Shown piece after piece: positions 53,092 to 64,000 of a stretch of DNA of 64,000 nucleotides; the stretch's first letter is position 1; every line of letters begins with the position of its first letter. Source of the DNA: Eledone cirrhosa (lineage: Eukaryota); the NCBI GenBank assembly GCA_964016885.1, contig OZ024741.1, positions 162,254,001-162,318,000 of the forward strand, given 5' to 3'. A model generated the notes under the pieces. It ran no database searches and had not been told where the DNA came from. It saw only the letters and a program-made list of their open reading frames with translations. Made by a program: the position numbers and the translations under genes.

Positions 53092-54903
53092 ATAATAATC
53101 ACTAACTAGACCACGCACCTTCATATCGTTTTAATAGGGATTTGCAGGCGGCGAATTGGCAGAGTCGTTAGTGCATCGGATAGAATGGTTTGTGGCACTC
53201 TGCGCACTGAGTTCAAATCCCACCGAATTCAATTACGTTTTTTTTTGGGGGGGGGGGGGGTCGATAAATTAAGTACCATCTAAACACTGGGTTCGATTCC
53301 AGCTGCTTAGAATCGGCTATGTGAAGGGACCACGAAAGAAGCATTCACATCGTGCTCCCACACTGGAAACGGAAGAAAAAAATAAGGATTTGAAATCCAA
53401 GGCAAGAGTGTTGAAAGCGACTGTTGAAAAGCCTTTTTCTGTTCTCTTCGCAATCACCACCACTTCTCAGCACTGGCAAATGTCAATTATGTTTGAGTTA
53501 GTAGCAAATAAACAACACATTATGACAGTTATTTTGCAACAAACCATGCGTAACGCTCTACAAACGTGTTATTTCAGATTTTTTATTTTTTGAAAGCTAT
53601 TTTCTCTATTTTTGAACAGAATGTAGAAATATTAATATTTCATGCTCTGCATTATATGAAATCCATGACGAATTTAAAATGAACACTGGAAATACAAATA
53701 AACAAGTTCTGATGTTCAGAAATGTAAGCAGTATTTCTATACAAATAATGATCCTTTGTTTTCTTGTTCATTACTGGGGCGTTGTTTAGGTGAATTCATT
53801 TACTTTCATCTGTGTCGTAAACTTGACAATATATATAATTCTCCGGCCGTCACTCACAATAGAGTACGACTTGGTAGTATGCACCATGGTTTTGCTAAAG
53901 ATTTAAGTGCCCATCCATATATTTGTGAGCAACCAAAGACACTTCTAATTGTCCCTGGTATTAAAAAGCTTCCCCATTTCTGCATTTAATACTTGTATTT
54001 CATGAAATTTAGTGTAGGGGATTACGATTGTAAACTAATTCCTCGTAACAGCATTTGTAAACATGAAATAAAGGACTGTCCAGGGGAACGTCTTCTATTG
54101 TTAGTCACTTGAACGCCGAAGAAAAATGAAACCGGGGATAAACACCGGCCTAATGAGTCTGATGACTTGGGACTGACTTTAACGTCCAAATAACTATATA
54201 AAGTACTTCACATAAAAATTATGACAAACTAAGGAGAAATAGAGAGCAACTCGAGCTATAAAAAGAGCAGGTACTTTTTTTTAAATTTTCGAAGTGTTTT
54301 GTGTAATAAATATAAAATAGTTGTTTTAAATAGTCACTCAGATGACAGTTAAATAGATAAAAATAAATATTTCAAGAGTGAAATAAACTTCTATTGTTAT
54401 TAATCTCTTAAATGCCAACTAGTTTTATCGAGCACATACCTGTCTGTTCTTGTTCAACAATCTTCAATTATATGAAAATTGCGAAATGGATTCTATGTTA
54501 CTGTAAATCTATACTGAGTAGAGGTTATTTGTTAGTGTTAGAATTGTGCTTACTAGTGGCTTTATATCTTGTTTTATATATGAACAAGTTTTTTTTTTAT
54601 AACACCAGCTAAATACAAAGATAGTCCCGTGTGGGGCACAATAAATTGATTAGATATGTTACATACAATTTCAATTACTCATGATTTCGAGGGGAGATAA
54701 CGTTAGATTTCTCTCATCTAAACAAATACTATGTAAAGGAAAAAATTAAAAGGCCTATTTTTGTTTTTGTTTTTAGCCTTTGGAAATTCAAAAGAATTTT
54801 TTTTTTTTATCGTAATTAAGATTTATTTTTATGTCAAACTATCCGACAGTATATATCTATTTTAATATTTTTTTTCTTTTAATTAAATTACCCAATATTT
54901 TAA

Positions 54904-55112
54904 CCCTTTAACATTTAAACCGGCCATATCCGGCCAGAATTCTCTCACCTCTTTCTGTTCAAACCGGCCACTCATACTGACGTTAAGGTATTTTTCTCAA
55001 AATAAATAATATCAAAATCTCACAGATTCAATATTATGTGAAATAATTATGAGATAAAGCCTTTACTGCGAAAATACAATAGTAAATATTGAGTAATGTA
55101 AATGTTAAAAGG
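54904..55112 (-). mobile_element. piggyBac-type MITE, copy 3
   Basis: TTAA|CCCTTTAACATTTA...TAAATGTTAAAAGG|TTAA; reverse complement of the 38862 copy. Confidence 0.88.
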
Positions 55113-55955
55113 TTAAGGGAGATGAAGTGACGAGTGAAACATTCATGTGTGTTCCGAATACATCAATGGACTAAACGAAATGAAATGATTTCAGTTGTAA
55201 TGAAAATATGTTGTGGATTCGACTACTTGGTATTTTACATCGTATTCTGGGACGCCTCCCATATGATTTATTTCTTATTTGGGCATAAGGCTTTTTTTTT
55301 TTTGTAAGAGTACAGTGAGTCGAATCAGTATATTATTGGTACTTACTTTACTCGAAGCAATGTTATAGTGCATTTTACTTAGGAATATGGCCAATTCTTT
55401 TATAAGAGATGTAGTCGAATGAAGCGTTCTCAATGTACACTGGTACTTATTTTGCCAAGTTGAAAAGTGAAATTGCCCCAACGTATTCAACTACACATAC
55501 GTATGAAACTAAAATATAAACGAAATAGAACTGCTTTGTAAACTAGTTATCGGTATTAAAAACTAAATAAGAATAAGATTAACATATTATATTGGTATTT
55601 ATTCCAGTCAAATACTTCTATCTACAAACAAATTAGGCCCGTTTGTTTTAGTTACTACATGTTAAATTTCACAGTCATACCACCCACTCAACACCCCTCC
55701 CCAATGTAGTAAGAGATTAGAATTCTCCTGACACTGAAGATAAATGTTTTTTAATCAATTGAGACCCAATTCCTTTATTTTACACGTAGTTCACATTATA
55801 AATCTCTTTTAATTTCTTATTTGAAATTAGATATTGACCAAAATAGAAGTATATGTTACATGGCCTGAAAATATATATTGTTTGTATCCAATTAATATAG
55901 TTATTGCTGTGTTATCTTTATAGTATATATATCTTTGTATATATATATAGAGAGA

Positions 55956-56157
55956 GAGAGTCCCATACGCAGAAGATAATTGTAATAGCAATCGATTACT
56001 CTAAATAATAGTTGAGAAAATTGAGTAAATCACCCTTAGCGACAGAAAAAAAGTGGACTGGGGCGCTTAGTTTTTCCTTCTCTACTATTCTCAACTATTA
56101 TCTATAGTGGTCGTCTATTATTACCTATCACAGTCATTTTCTGCGTTTGGGACGCTC
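55956..56157. mobile_element. Foldback MITE-like element with ~65-bp imperfect inverted arms
   Basis: GTCCCATACGCAGAA..ATAATAGTTGAGAA versus TTCTCAACTATTAT..TTCTGCGTTTGGGAC. Confidence 0.65.
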
Positions 56158-58084
56158 ACAGTTTCAAATTTCAAACACTCCTAGCCTTTCATAATCCATA
56201 AAGTTTGTTTATATATATACTCCATCAAATGGTGTTGCATTCACGTGGAATAAAGTTTCTTGTTTAAGAATACAACGCGTCCTTGGGAATCGAATTACTG
56301 ACTTAATGATCTTGAGCCGAAAACCCCCATTTGCATGCCAGTAAATACTAGGCTTGATTTAATCCACTATAGCCTTATGCCTTTCTATGAAATTATTCTG
56401 ATGAATATTTCTACATTGAATAATTCTTGTAGAGTTATTATTATTATTATTATTTTATGTATCTTTAGTTATTTCCTCATCTCCCCCCCCCTCTCTCTCT
56501 CTCTCTCTAAAAAACAATATAATAATAGTAATTTACAGTAATGTCCACTCTGATATTTTCTGTCAAATTTGATTTCGTGATCAATTTACTCCTTATAACG
56601 AACGCCTACTAGTTGCAAAAATACACTATGTATTTAAAACGTTATCACGTTTTCAGCTTTATGATTTTTTCTGATTGATTTTCGATCTCTTCGTTTATAA
56701 AACAACAACAAATAAACATATATATACACAAAAAAGGAATTTTAGAATACTAATATCTCCTCTGTGGTAGTTTGTGGCTGAAGATTATTGTTTTGTTTTA
56801 GCGAAAAAATCGGTTGATTCGTTCCTTCATTTTATCCAATCAATTCTTTCTTTGAAAACTTTAGGTTATAGCATTCAATTCATTATTTTATAAGATTTCT
56901 TTTTTTTAAATATCGAGCAACTATTTTTTTTAAAATCTATTTCTCGGTGTTGCTCATTCTGTTAGTTCATTCACTGTTCACTAACAAATAACAAACGAAT
57001 AAAACCAATAATCGAATCCTTCTTTAGCAAACATTAATCAATGAGACATTGATTGTAAACAAGTTCTATATAGGCGATAGTGACTGCTTGTTCTAAAGGG
57101 TTGCTGATCTAATACAACAGCTTGATATATCTCGTGAAAAACAAGTCGTTAAGCTGGTTGTCGCTTCTTATATCCGTATTTTCGTTTTTATTTTACTTTT
57201 AACAGTAATGTGTATAGAAGGAAAAATATGTCTTAAAGCTACGAGGTGAATATATTGATTTCTTTAGTCTAGATGCAAACCTCCCTCTTCATCCCTGATC
57301 TACTGGAGGTGACGTTCGTACATATCCAAAGAGAAAAAGTGACATATATAAAAGATTTTATATCTACCCTATAATTATGAAGTAAAAATTAAATCTGAAT
57401 AGTATTGTTTTTGTTGTTTTTTATGAGGTCACGATGTCTCCGTTTGTTTTTTTAGACATCCTTAAACTATTGATTCAGTCAATGTAAACATGGGAATTCT
57501 GACTCAATGATTGAATGCCTGCTGTAGAGATAGAGAGAGGGCGAGAGAGAGAGAGCAAAAATAGGTCAACTTGTCCTTAGTTTTCCTCCAAGGAATTCAT
57601 TTTCCTATTTTATATAACTTCTTATAAACCTGTTTATTTTTTATTTTTCTTTCAGTTTCTATTTTCATTTTTTTAAAAGCTGCAAAGCTGCCGGCAGGGT
57701 CCGTTTTCTAGACTAACAAATAACTTCCGGTCGATGTTTAGAAGCAGTTATCATTTACCGAGTTGTTTCTATCATCTTTTACACATGATATGAAAGCAGT
57801 TGGCTTGTCCCCTATTCATGCTTAATATCATTTGAAAGTCAATCCTGTTAAACGCCATTTCTATTATACCTACATCAAAGCGTAGATTTTTTTAATAGCA
57901 TTGTGCACGCGCGCGCGCACACACACACACACACACGCACACATATATATATATGCGCACACATGTACGCCATGTAACTACTAGAGTTAATTTTTGCAAG
58001 ACAGTAACTGAAACGTTTGTATAAGGATGGGACAGACGCGAAGGTGCCTAACAACGTTTAATGTTGGTATAATGCTAGTAATAG

Positions 58085-58500
58085 CGAGGCAAATTGGTTG
58101 TGTGGGTAAGGAGTCAACTTCACAACCACATGCTTTGAAGTTCAATGTCTTTGCATGACACCTTGGACAAGTGACCTCTATTATAGCTCCGAGTTCAATT
58201 ATGCACTAAGTAAAATTTAGCAGACGGAAATTGTCCATCGTATATGTATAATTCTACAAGTCTCTGGTAGAATTAAAATCATGTCCCTTCCCCCAACCAG
58301 AAAAAAATAATTGCTAGCCTTGTGCCTAAATTAGAAATAATTATTTATGGCGGTGGATTGGCAGAATCGTTAGAGCATCGGACAAAATGCTTTACGGCAT
58401 TTAGTTATGGCTCTTTACGTTCTGAGATTTAAACACCACCGAGGTCAACTTTGATTTTCATCTTCCGGGGTCGATAAAATAAAGTACCAGTCAAATATTA
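58085..58500 (+). mobile_element. SINE cluster: family B (~58085-58240), family A tail, family A (~58348-58500)
   Basis: Same diagnostic head and core motifs as the other copies. Confidence 0.75.
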
Positions 58501-58782
58501 GAATGTCTATTTTATAAAACAAATGATATTTTTAGACAGTGCCTTACTCACTACTTAGAATCTTTGTAAATATATTCTCAACACATTCCCCAAAATCAAA
58601 TTATATCACTTCTACTGAATTTAATGTAATATTTTCTTCTTTAATTTTTATTTTTTATAACAAGTTTTTCTCTATCGTATAGATCATGATTCTAACTTGC
58701 TTAAGGCAAAAATCTGTATTTTGAGGAATTCAAGACACTATATATATTTAGTGAGAGAGATTCTCTTGAATTTATAATACAG

Positions 58783-58857
<75 letters not shown>

Positions 58858-59169
58858 ACATACATACATACTTATTTACATACATACTTATTTATTTAAA
58901 TTAAAAAGATATATGTATATATCTTAAATTTAAATAATTAATGCTCTGAACCAAGGTCCATTGAGCTTATTTATTGAGGAATATGATTATCATACACATT
59001 AAATGTGTATTGATACCTTAAAATATATATGCAAACATACAGACTTCTCTGCCAAATCGACTGCCGACATGAATCCTCATAACAAATCCCATTATCTTCA
59101 TGAATGTCATATACCTGTTTTTTTACCCGGACCTACGAACATATTTATAAAGAAGTCTAAGGCATGGTC

Positions 59170-59510
59170 ATGGGCGCAGCCTGGTCGAATGGTTAAGAAG
59201 TTTCCCTCGATCCTGCTGATTGCATCTTGGATAAATGTAATTTTCTCTGAGCTTCGAGTCGACCCAAGCTTTGTGAATGAAACTAGGTAGGTGGAAAACT
59301 GCTTGGAAACCTATTTGATGGACTATACCTTTAATTCCATTGGCCATTGACCACTATTGTTACACAATGTGTGACAATGTATTTCCAGATAACTACGTTA
59401 AGGACACTCCCTGTGTAATGCTCAGCCACTTTCACGTTAATTTCACGAACAGATTGTTACATTTCTCAAATAACAGGAACACTCACCGTCGAAAGCGATG
59501 GAGACCCATT
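59170..59510 (+). mobile_element. Family B SINE with shared 3' module
   Basis: GGCGCAGCCTGG..TGGTTAAGAAGTTT head; GCTCAGCCACTTTCACGTTAATTTCACG module. Confidence 0.75.
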
Positions 59511-61029
59511 CCAATAGCATAACGTAATGTTCATGTCTTTATCACAAAAGGATTAACGAATGTAAACCAATTGAAATGGCTTGAACCAGGAAATGAAACT
59601 GAGTTGCGGTTTCGGCTTACCGTGAGCTTAACTCTCTCTCTCTCTCTCTCTCTAATCAGCGATACTCACCATAGCTATAACCACCTATTGAGTACTAATT
59701 CCATATCACTGACGTCAGATTATCCAGTCATTAGACGCAGTTGGCTTTCCGAGAATACTCACATGTCTCATTGATATTTTTATAGTGAATGCTAATTTGG
59801 CGTAGGCTTACAACAATTCAACCAAACATAAACATTCATGCGTACACATACATAGATACATACATACTTATACATACTTACAGCCACACAAACACATATA
59901 TACTCAGGGACAAAACCGACGGAGGATCTATTTACTCTATATACAAGTATATATATATATATACACTCTAAAAAGGACTTCTAGCTATATTTTTATATTG
60001 TGTTGTCTCTGGTCAAATTAGTTAATTCTACGCTTGACTTCACCATTGGAAAGGATTTATTTCGTATCATCTTTACAAAATTCTGATCTAAGCATCTGCT
60101 TCGTTCGTCCCATTAGCCAGAGGAGTTATATACATACGTAAACACATACCTTCACACTCACATACACGCGCACACACAATGTATTTAACACCTACTTGAG
60201 AGATTGAAACGGTGTTGAAAGATGTGTACCGACACATACAATCACAAGTATTATTATAAATGCCCCCCCCCCCCCACACACGTGTTCCTGGTGAGACGAC
60301 TGACAAACATTAATACGCCTAGTTACACACGATTAATTTACAACACGGTAGCTAAGAGGAAGGGTTTCGTCACATGGCACATACATACACACACACACTC
60401 ATGCAAATATACAGACGCACATACATACGCACATATCGAAAATCGAAAGCAAGCATTGCATTAAACATTTTAGGTCTGTCGGTTTAAAGTAATGTTCAGT
60501 TATTTTTGTTGTCAGATTCACCGCGAAGCAATTGAATATTTCATTTGATTCCAATGAGTGCCTTCTCACTCTAATGGGATAATCTCTTGTGGCTGTCAGT
60601 TCACAGGATGCAATACTGCTGTGTAAACGATCTGGATTTAATTTCAAGCACGGTACCATTTCATTACAAAATTCCTCGCTTTTGTGAAAGAAAGAATTGT
60701 ATTAAAATCTATATTTTTAAAAATCTGACTAATTTTTCTATTGATAGCGACGTAAAATTGCCCATTGGCCTATTATATACTTCTGTTCGATGTTTTTTAA
60801 TGTTTTGCGATTTGTTTAGTTTTTAAAATAATCTCCAATAATTTCGTGCTCGATCCCACTGGGTGATACATTCGACAAAGTCTCGAACCGACGACAGGTA
60901 TGGAAACTGCAACAGTCCGTTGGATAGATGGACGGATAGACTGCACCGAGATTCAAGGACTACACTAAAATGCAATGAATTGGTTAGTCTCGTTGATCTG
61001 TCAACTGAAGAACCACTCGTTTTTGTTCT

Positions 61030-61335
61030 GGTTATTTACATATTGAGTTCAAATCACCCCGCGGTCAATAAATTAAAGTACCAGTCAAGTACTGGGATTA
61101 TTTAATCAACTTTACCCTTCCTCCAAATTTGCTGGCCTTGTGCTTAAATTAGAAATCAATATATAGGGTGATGTATTGGCAAAATCGTTTGCATAAAGAA
61201 AAGGCTTTAAGGAATTTTGAGTTTAAATCCAGTTGAGGTCGCCTTTGGGGTCGATAAAATAAAGTACCAGTCAACTACTGGGTTCCATATAATCGCTTTC
61301 CCCTCTCTACAGATTGTTGGTCTTATACCTAAACT
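61030..61335 (+). mobile_element. Two tandem family A SINEs
   Basis: Two AAGTACCAGTCAA..ACTGGG cores at ~61077 and ~61262. Confidence 0.75.
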
Positions 61336-61463
61336 ATTTATCAAACAAATGTTCTCTTTAATAGGACGTTTGACTGTCTGTCTTGGTTTATATAACTTTA
61401 CAGAAATCAGTCAGATGATGCCATATTTCTAATTTCTTTATTCATTAGTCAATCGTAAAATAT

Positions 61464-61520
61464 TCGAGGGTCGTCTGAAATGCTCATAGGCTAACCAAGA
61501 TACTCTCATGGAATGACCTA
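61464..61520 (+). mobile_element. Solo mariner-like TIR fragment
   Basis: CGAGGGTCGTCTGAAA..TCATAGGCT resembles mariner TA|CGAGGG termini; no partner end found. Confidence 0.4.
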
Positions 61521-63052
61521 ATGAGGTTAACCAGAGAATGATCTTAAGACTGCAATAAAGTGATAGCTGAGAAACACTGAGTATTAGCAGACAGTAATCT
61601 GAGCACTACAATAAAGAATTACACAGTATTTCCTTATTGTAATCTTTTTCCTTTATACGTAAACTCACACGTTCAAGTGTGTGTGTGTGTGTGTACAAAT
61701 ATAATAATGTAGCGCTTAACAAATTAGCTTTCTTTGGAGCCCGTATAAAGATGCAAAATTGATAACGAACACTGCATAATATTACATACCACGTATTGTG
61801 ACTGTATCTCGGTGCAGCTGAATGAGATGTATATTGATATAAACAGGTTTAATTAAGATCTAATGTTATTCTAATTAATTTAAAAAGTAATTTCACGAAG
61901 AAACCATATCATTTGAAAGCAACAATATGCTTAAAGCTTACGTATACATATATTATGTATACGTAGCCCATTTATATGGAGGTCTTTTTCCTAAAAAAAT
62001 GTTCTCATTTTGTAAATTGAGGTCACAGTTTCAACGTTAAAAGACTTCACGAACCTAATTGTCTGTTTGAATTTCTGAATGTTCCTCTTGTATGAGTATT
62101 TCTATGTATATTGCAATAGTTTTAACTGCCTACATATTTATTTAACTGATGTCAGATGCTGCTCTTACGTTTGTATTATTGGAGAGAGGCGATTACTTAG
62201 AGTGTTTGATAACTTATATAATAGATGTTGACAAAAAGGAGAAAAGGGAGTACTCAATACTGAAAATAGAATTATATATTATTTTGTATTAGAAGGTGAA
62301 ACGTCCCAGATCGATCGGATCTTCAGGCAATGATCGTCCGAACATCGGAACCGAGAAACTCAGTAACGAATTGTGACATTTCAGCTTCCAATAATGCGCA
62401 CGCGCGCGCACACACACACTCACTCACACAAACCATTAATATAGCAAAACGTAGATTTCTTAATTTATATGATTTTTCACATATCCCCGCTAATCCTAGT
62501 ATATATGGCACACCCATCCTGCATCCATAAATTAATCATTGAACGCTATTGCCATCATTATTGACGGCACTAAGTACGTAGTTTCTTAAGATTCCTGCTT
62601 TAGTATAACCAGAATGTTAATTATTGTTGGTATTCTCTATTCCTCTCAAAGATCCCGAAGCAGAAAGTAAAAACACAGATTTGCAATATAAGCATTCTCT
62701 CTCTCTCTTATATATATACACACACACACATATATCTTCCATGTTTGTTCTCATTTCCACAGCAAACATTCTTTCTTTATTAATTAACCTAGATGAGCAT
62801 CTTTCTATTGCTTCTTATAGCCGGCTGAAAGTATAACAAGTTTCGCTATAAAGTGATTTGACCTGTTTGAAGAGCTGTCTTTTGGCCCTGTACTGCACTC
62901 GTTTCAACTTATTCGAGGGGGTAACTTTTGAGAGGAGAGATACTATAGAGTCTAATGTGTCTCGTGTCTGATTTAGATTTGTGGAGAAATGAAGAGATAA
63001 TAACTTATGATTTACATGCATATGTTTATATATATATACAACAAGGCAAGTA

Positions 63053-63200
63053 AGGCGGCAAATTGGTTGTTAAACGTCGGGTAGAATGCTTTGTGGTATT
63101 CATTCCAGCTCTCTGCACTCTTGAGTTCAAAACCTGACGAGGCCAACTTTGCCTTTCATTTTATCTAGGTCAGTAAAAGAAAAGTAGTTGTTCAGTACGG
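63053..63200 (+). mobile_element. Family A SINE
   Basis: GGCGGCAAATTGG head, GAGTTCAAAACC, AACTTTGCCTTTCAT. Confidence 0.75.
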
Positions 63201-63479
63201 TGTCAGTTTCTCTCTCTCTCTCTCTCTCTCTAAAACACATTGAATAATGTACTATGAAAGAAAAGAATACCTTTCATCGTAGGTCTGCTCACGATGACGG
63301 CCAGCCTAGGACGTGTCGAAATCAAAGGTGAAAAAAAACAACACTTCAGCTAGCGAAAGTTTTTACATTATGCGAGTTAATGTGCGCACCTGCATGAGTT
63401 TCTGGCTTATAACCCCCCCCCCCCCCTCTAGGGGTCTACACCCATGAATGGCGCATATTTGGAGTGGAAACATAGAATG

Positions 63480-63770
63480 TACCTCTGTCACTTTCGACGA
63501 TAAGTGTTCCAGTTGTTCGATCAACGGAACAACCTGCTGGTGAAATTAAGATTTAAGTGGTTGATCATTCTACAGATACGCGTTCCCTTAACATAATCAG
63601 CAGGGTCATTTAGCATGACAGTGTGGCAGGGCTGAATTCCACTCACAAGGTATGGGTCGACGTGAGGTTATGGTAAATGACAGTTGCCCAAGATGACATG
63701 CAGTCGAATCGAACTTGGGACCTAGTGAATACAAAGTAAAATTCTTAAGCATTCGGCTATGCTTCGTCCA
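63480..63770 (-). mobile_element. Family B SINE with shared 3' module
   Basis: GTTCCAGTTG..GATCAACGGAAC..GTGAAATTAA is the reverse-complemented module; ATTCCACTCACAAGG..GCCCAAG is the reverse-complemented body. Confidence 0.7.
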
Positions 63771-64000
63771 CTATCCGAAATGTAAACATAACTACTGTGG
63801 AATTAGCCAGCGCGTGGGACCCCATTTGCTAATAATAGTAAGAGATGGGGAGGACGGGAAAGACAGAGGCGATGGCAGTTTGGTTCCTCTGTGTTCGGAC
63901 CTGGTGTACATGTGTGTGTAATTTTACACTTATTTTCGGGAGTGATGTAACCAAAAGAAAACAGGAAGATTAAACGTTGTAACATAAGCGGGCTTCCGTA

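Noticed and set aside
57655-57735. Strong + acceptor followed by ACTTCCGG (ETS-like)
   Set aside because: No associated ORF or partner donor; isolated motifs are expected by chance.
60516-60652. Possible + exon after TTTTTGTTGTCAG
   Set aside because: All frames close within ~22 codons and no upstream exon could be linked.
61939-61965. 12-bp-arm hairpin TACGTATACATA-TAT-TATGTATACGTA
   Set aside because: Explained by self-complementary TA/CA/TG low-complexity sequence.

Overview
Eukaryotic, AT-rich and very repeat-dense DNA. The tRNA-derived SINE families and microsatellite load match what I recognise from Octopus genomes (inference, no search run). Nearly all ORFs in the supplied track are microsatellite or SINE artefacts. 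Supported content: (1) a probable three-coding-exon orphan gene on + (12994-13905, 18876-18911, 21657-21692; ~327 aa) with a CCAAT/GC-box upstream region; (2) a second orphan ORF at ~51.85-52.33 kb; (3) a full-length but disabled DD37D (maT) Tc1/mariner transposon at 10660-11968; (4) Penelope-like element (PLE) remnants, including a GIY-YIG C-terminus, a 166-bp inverted repeat and several hammerhead-ribozyme-like motifs; (5) decayed LINEs, a Helitron-like end, several MITEs and dozens of SINE copies. The most unusual signal is two sequence-unrelated hammerhead folds that share the same non-canonical core, CCGUNGA instead of CUGANGA. Repeat boundaries were read by eye and are approximate.
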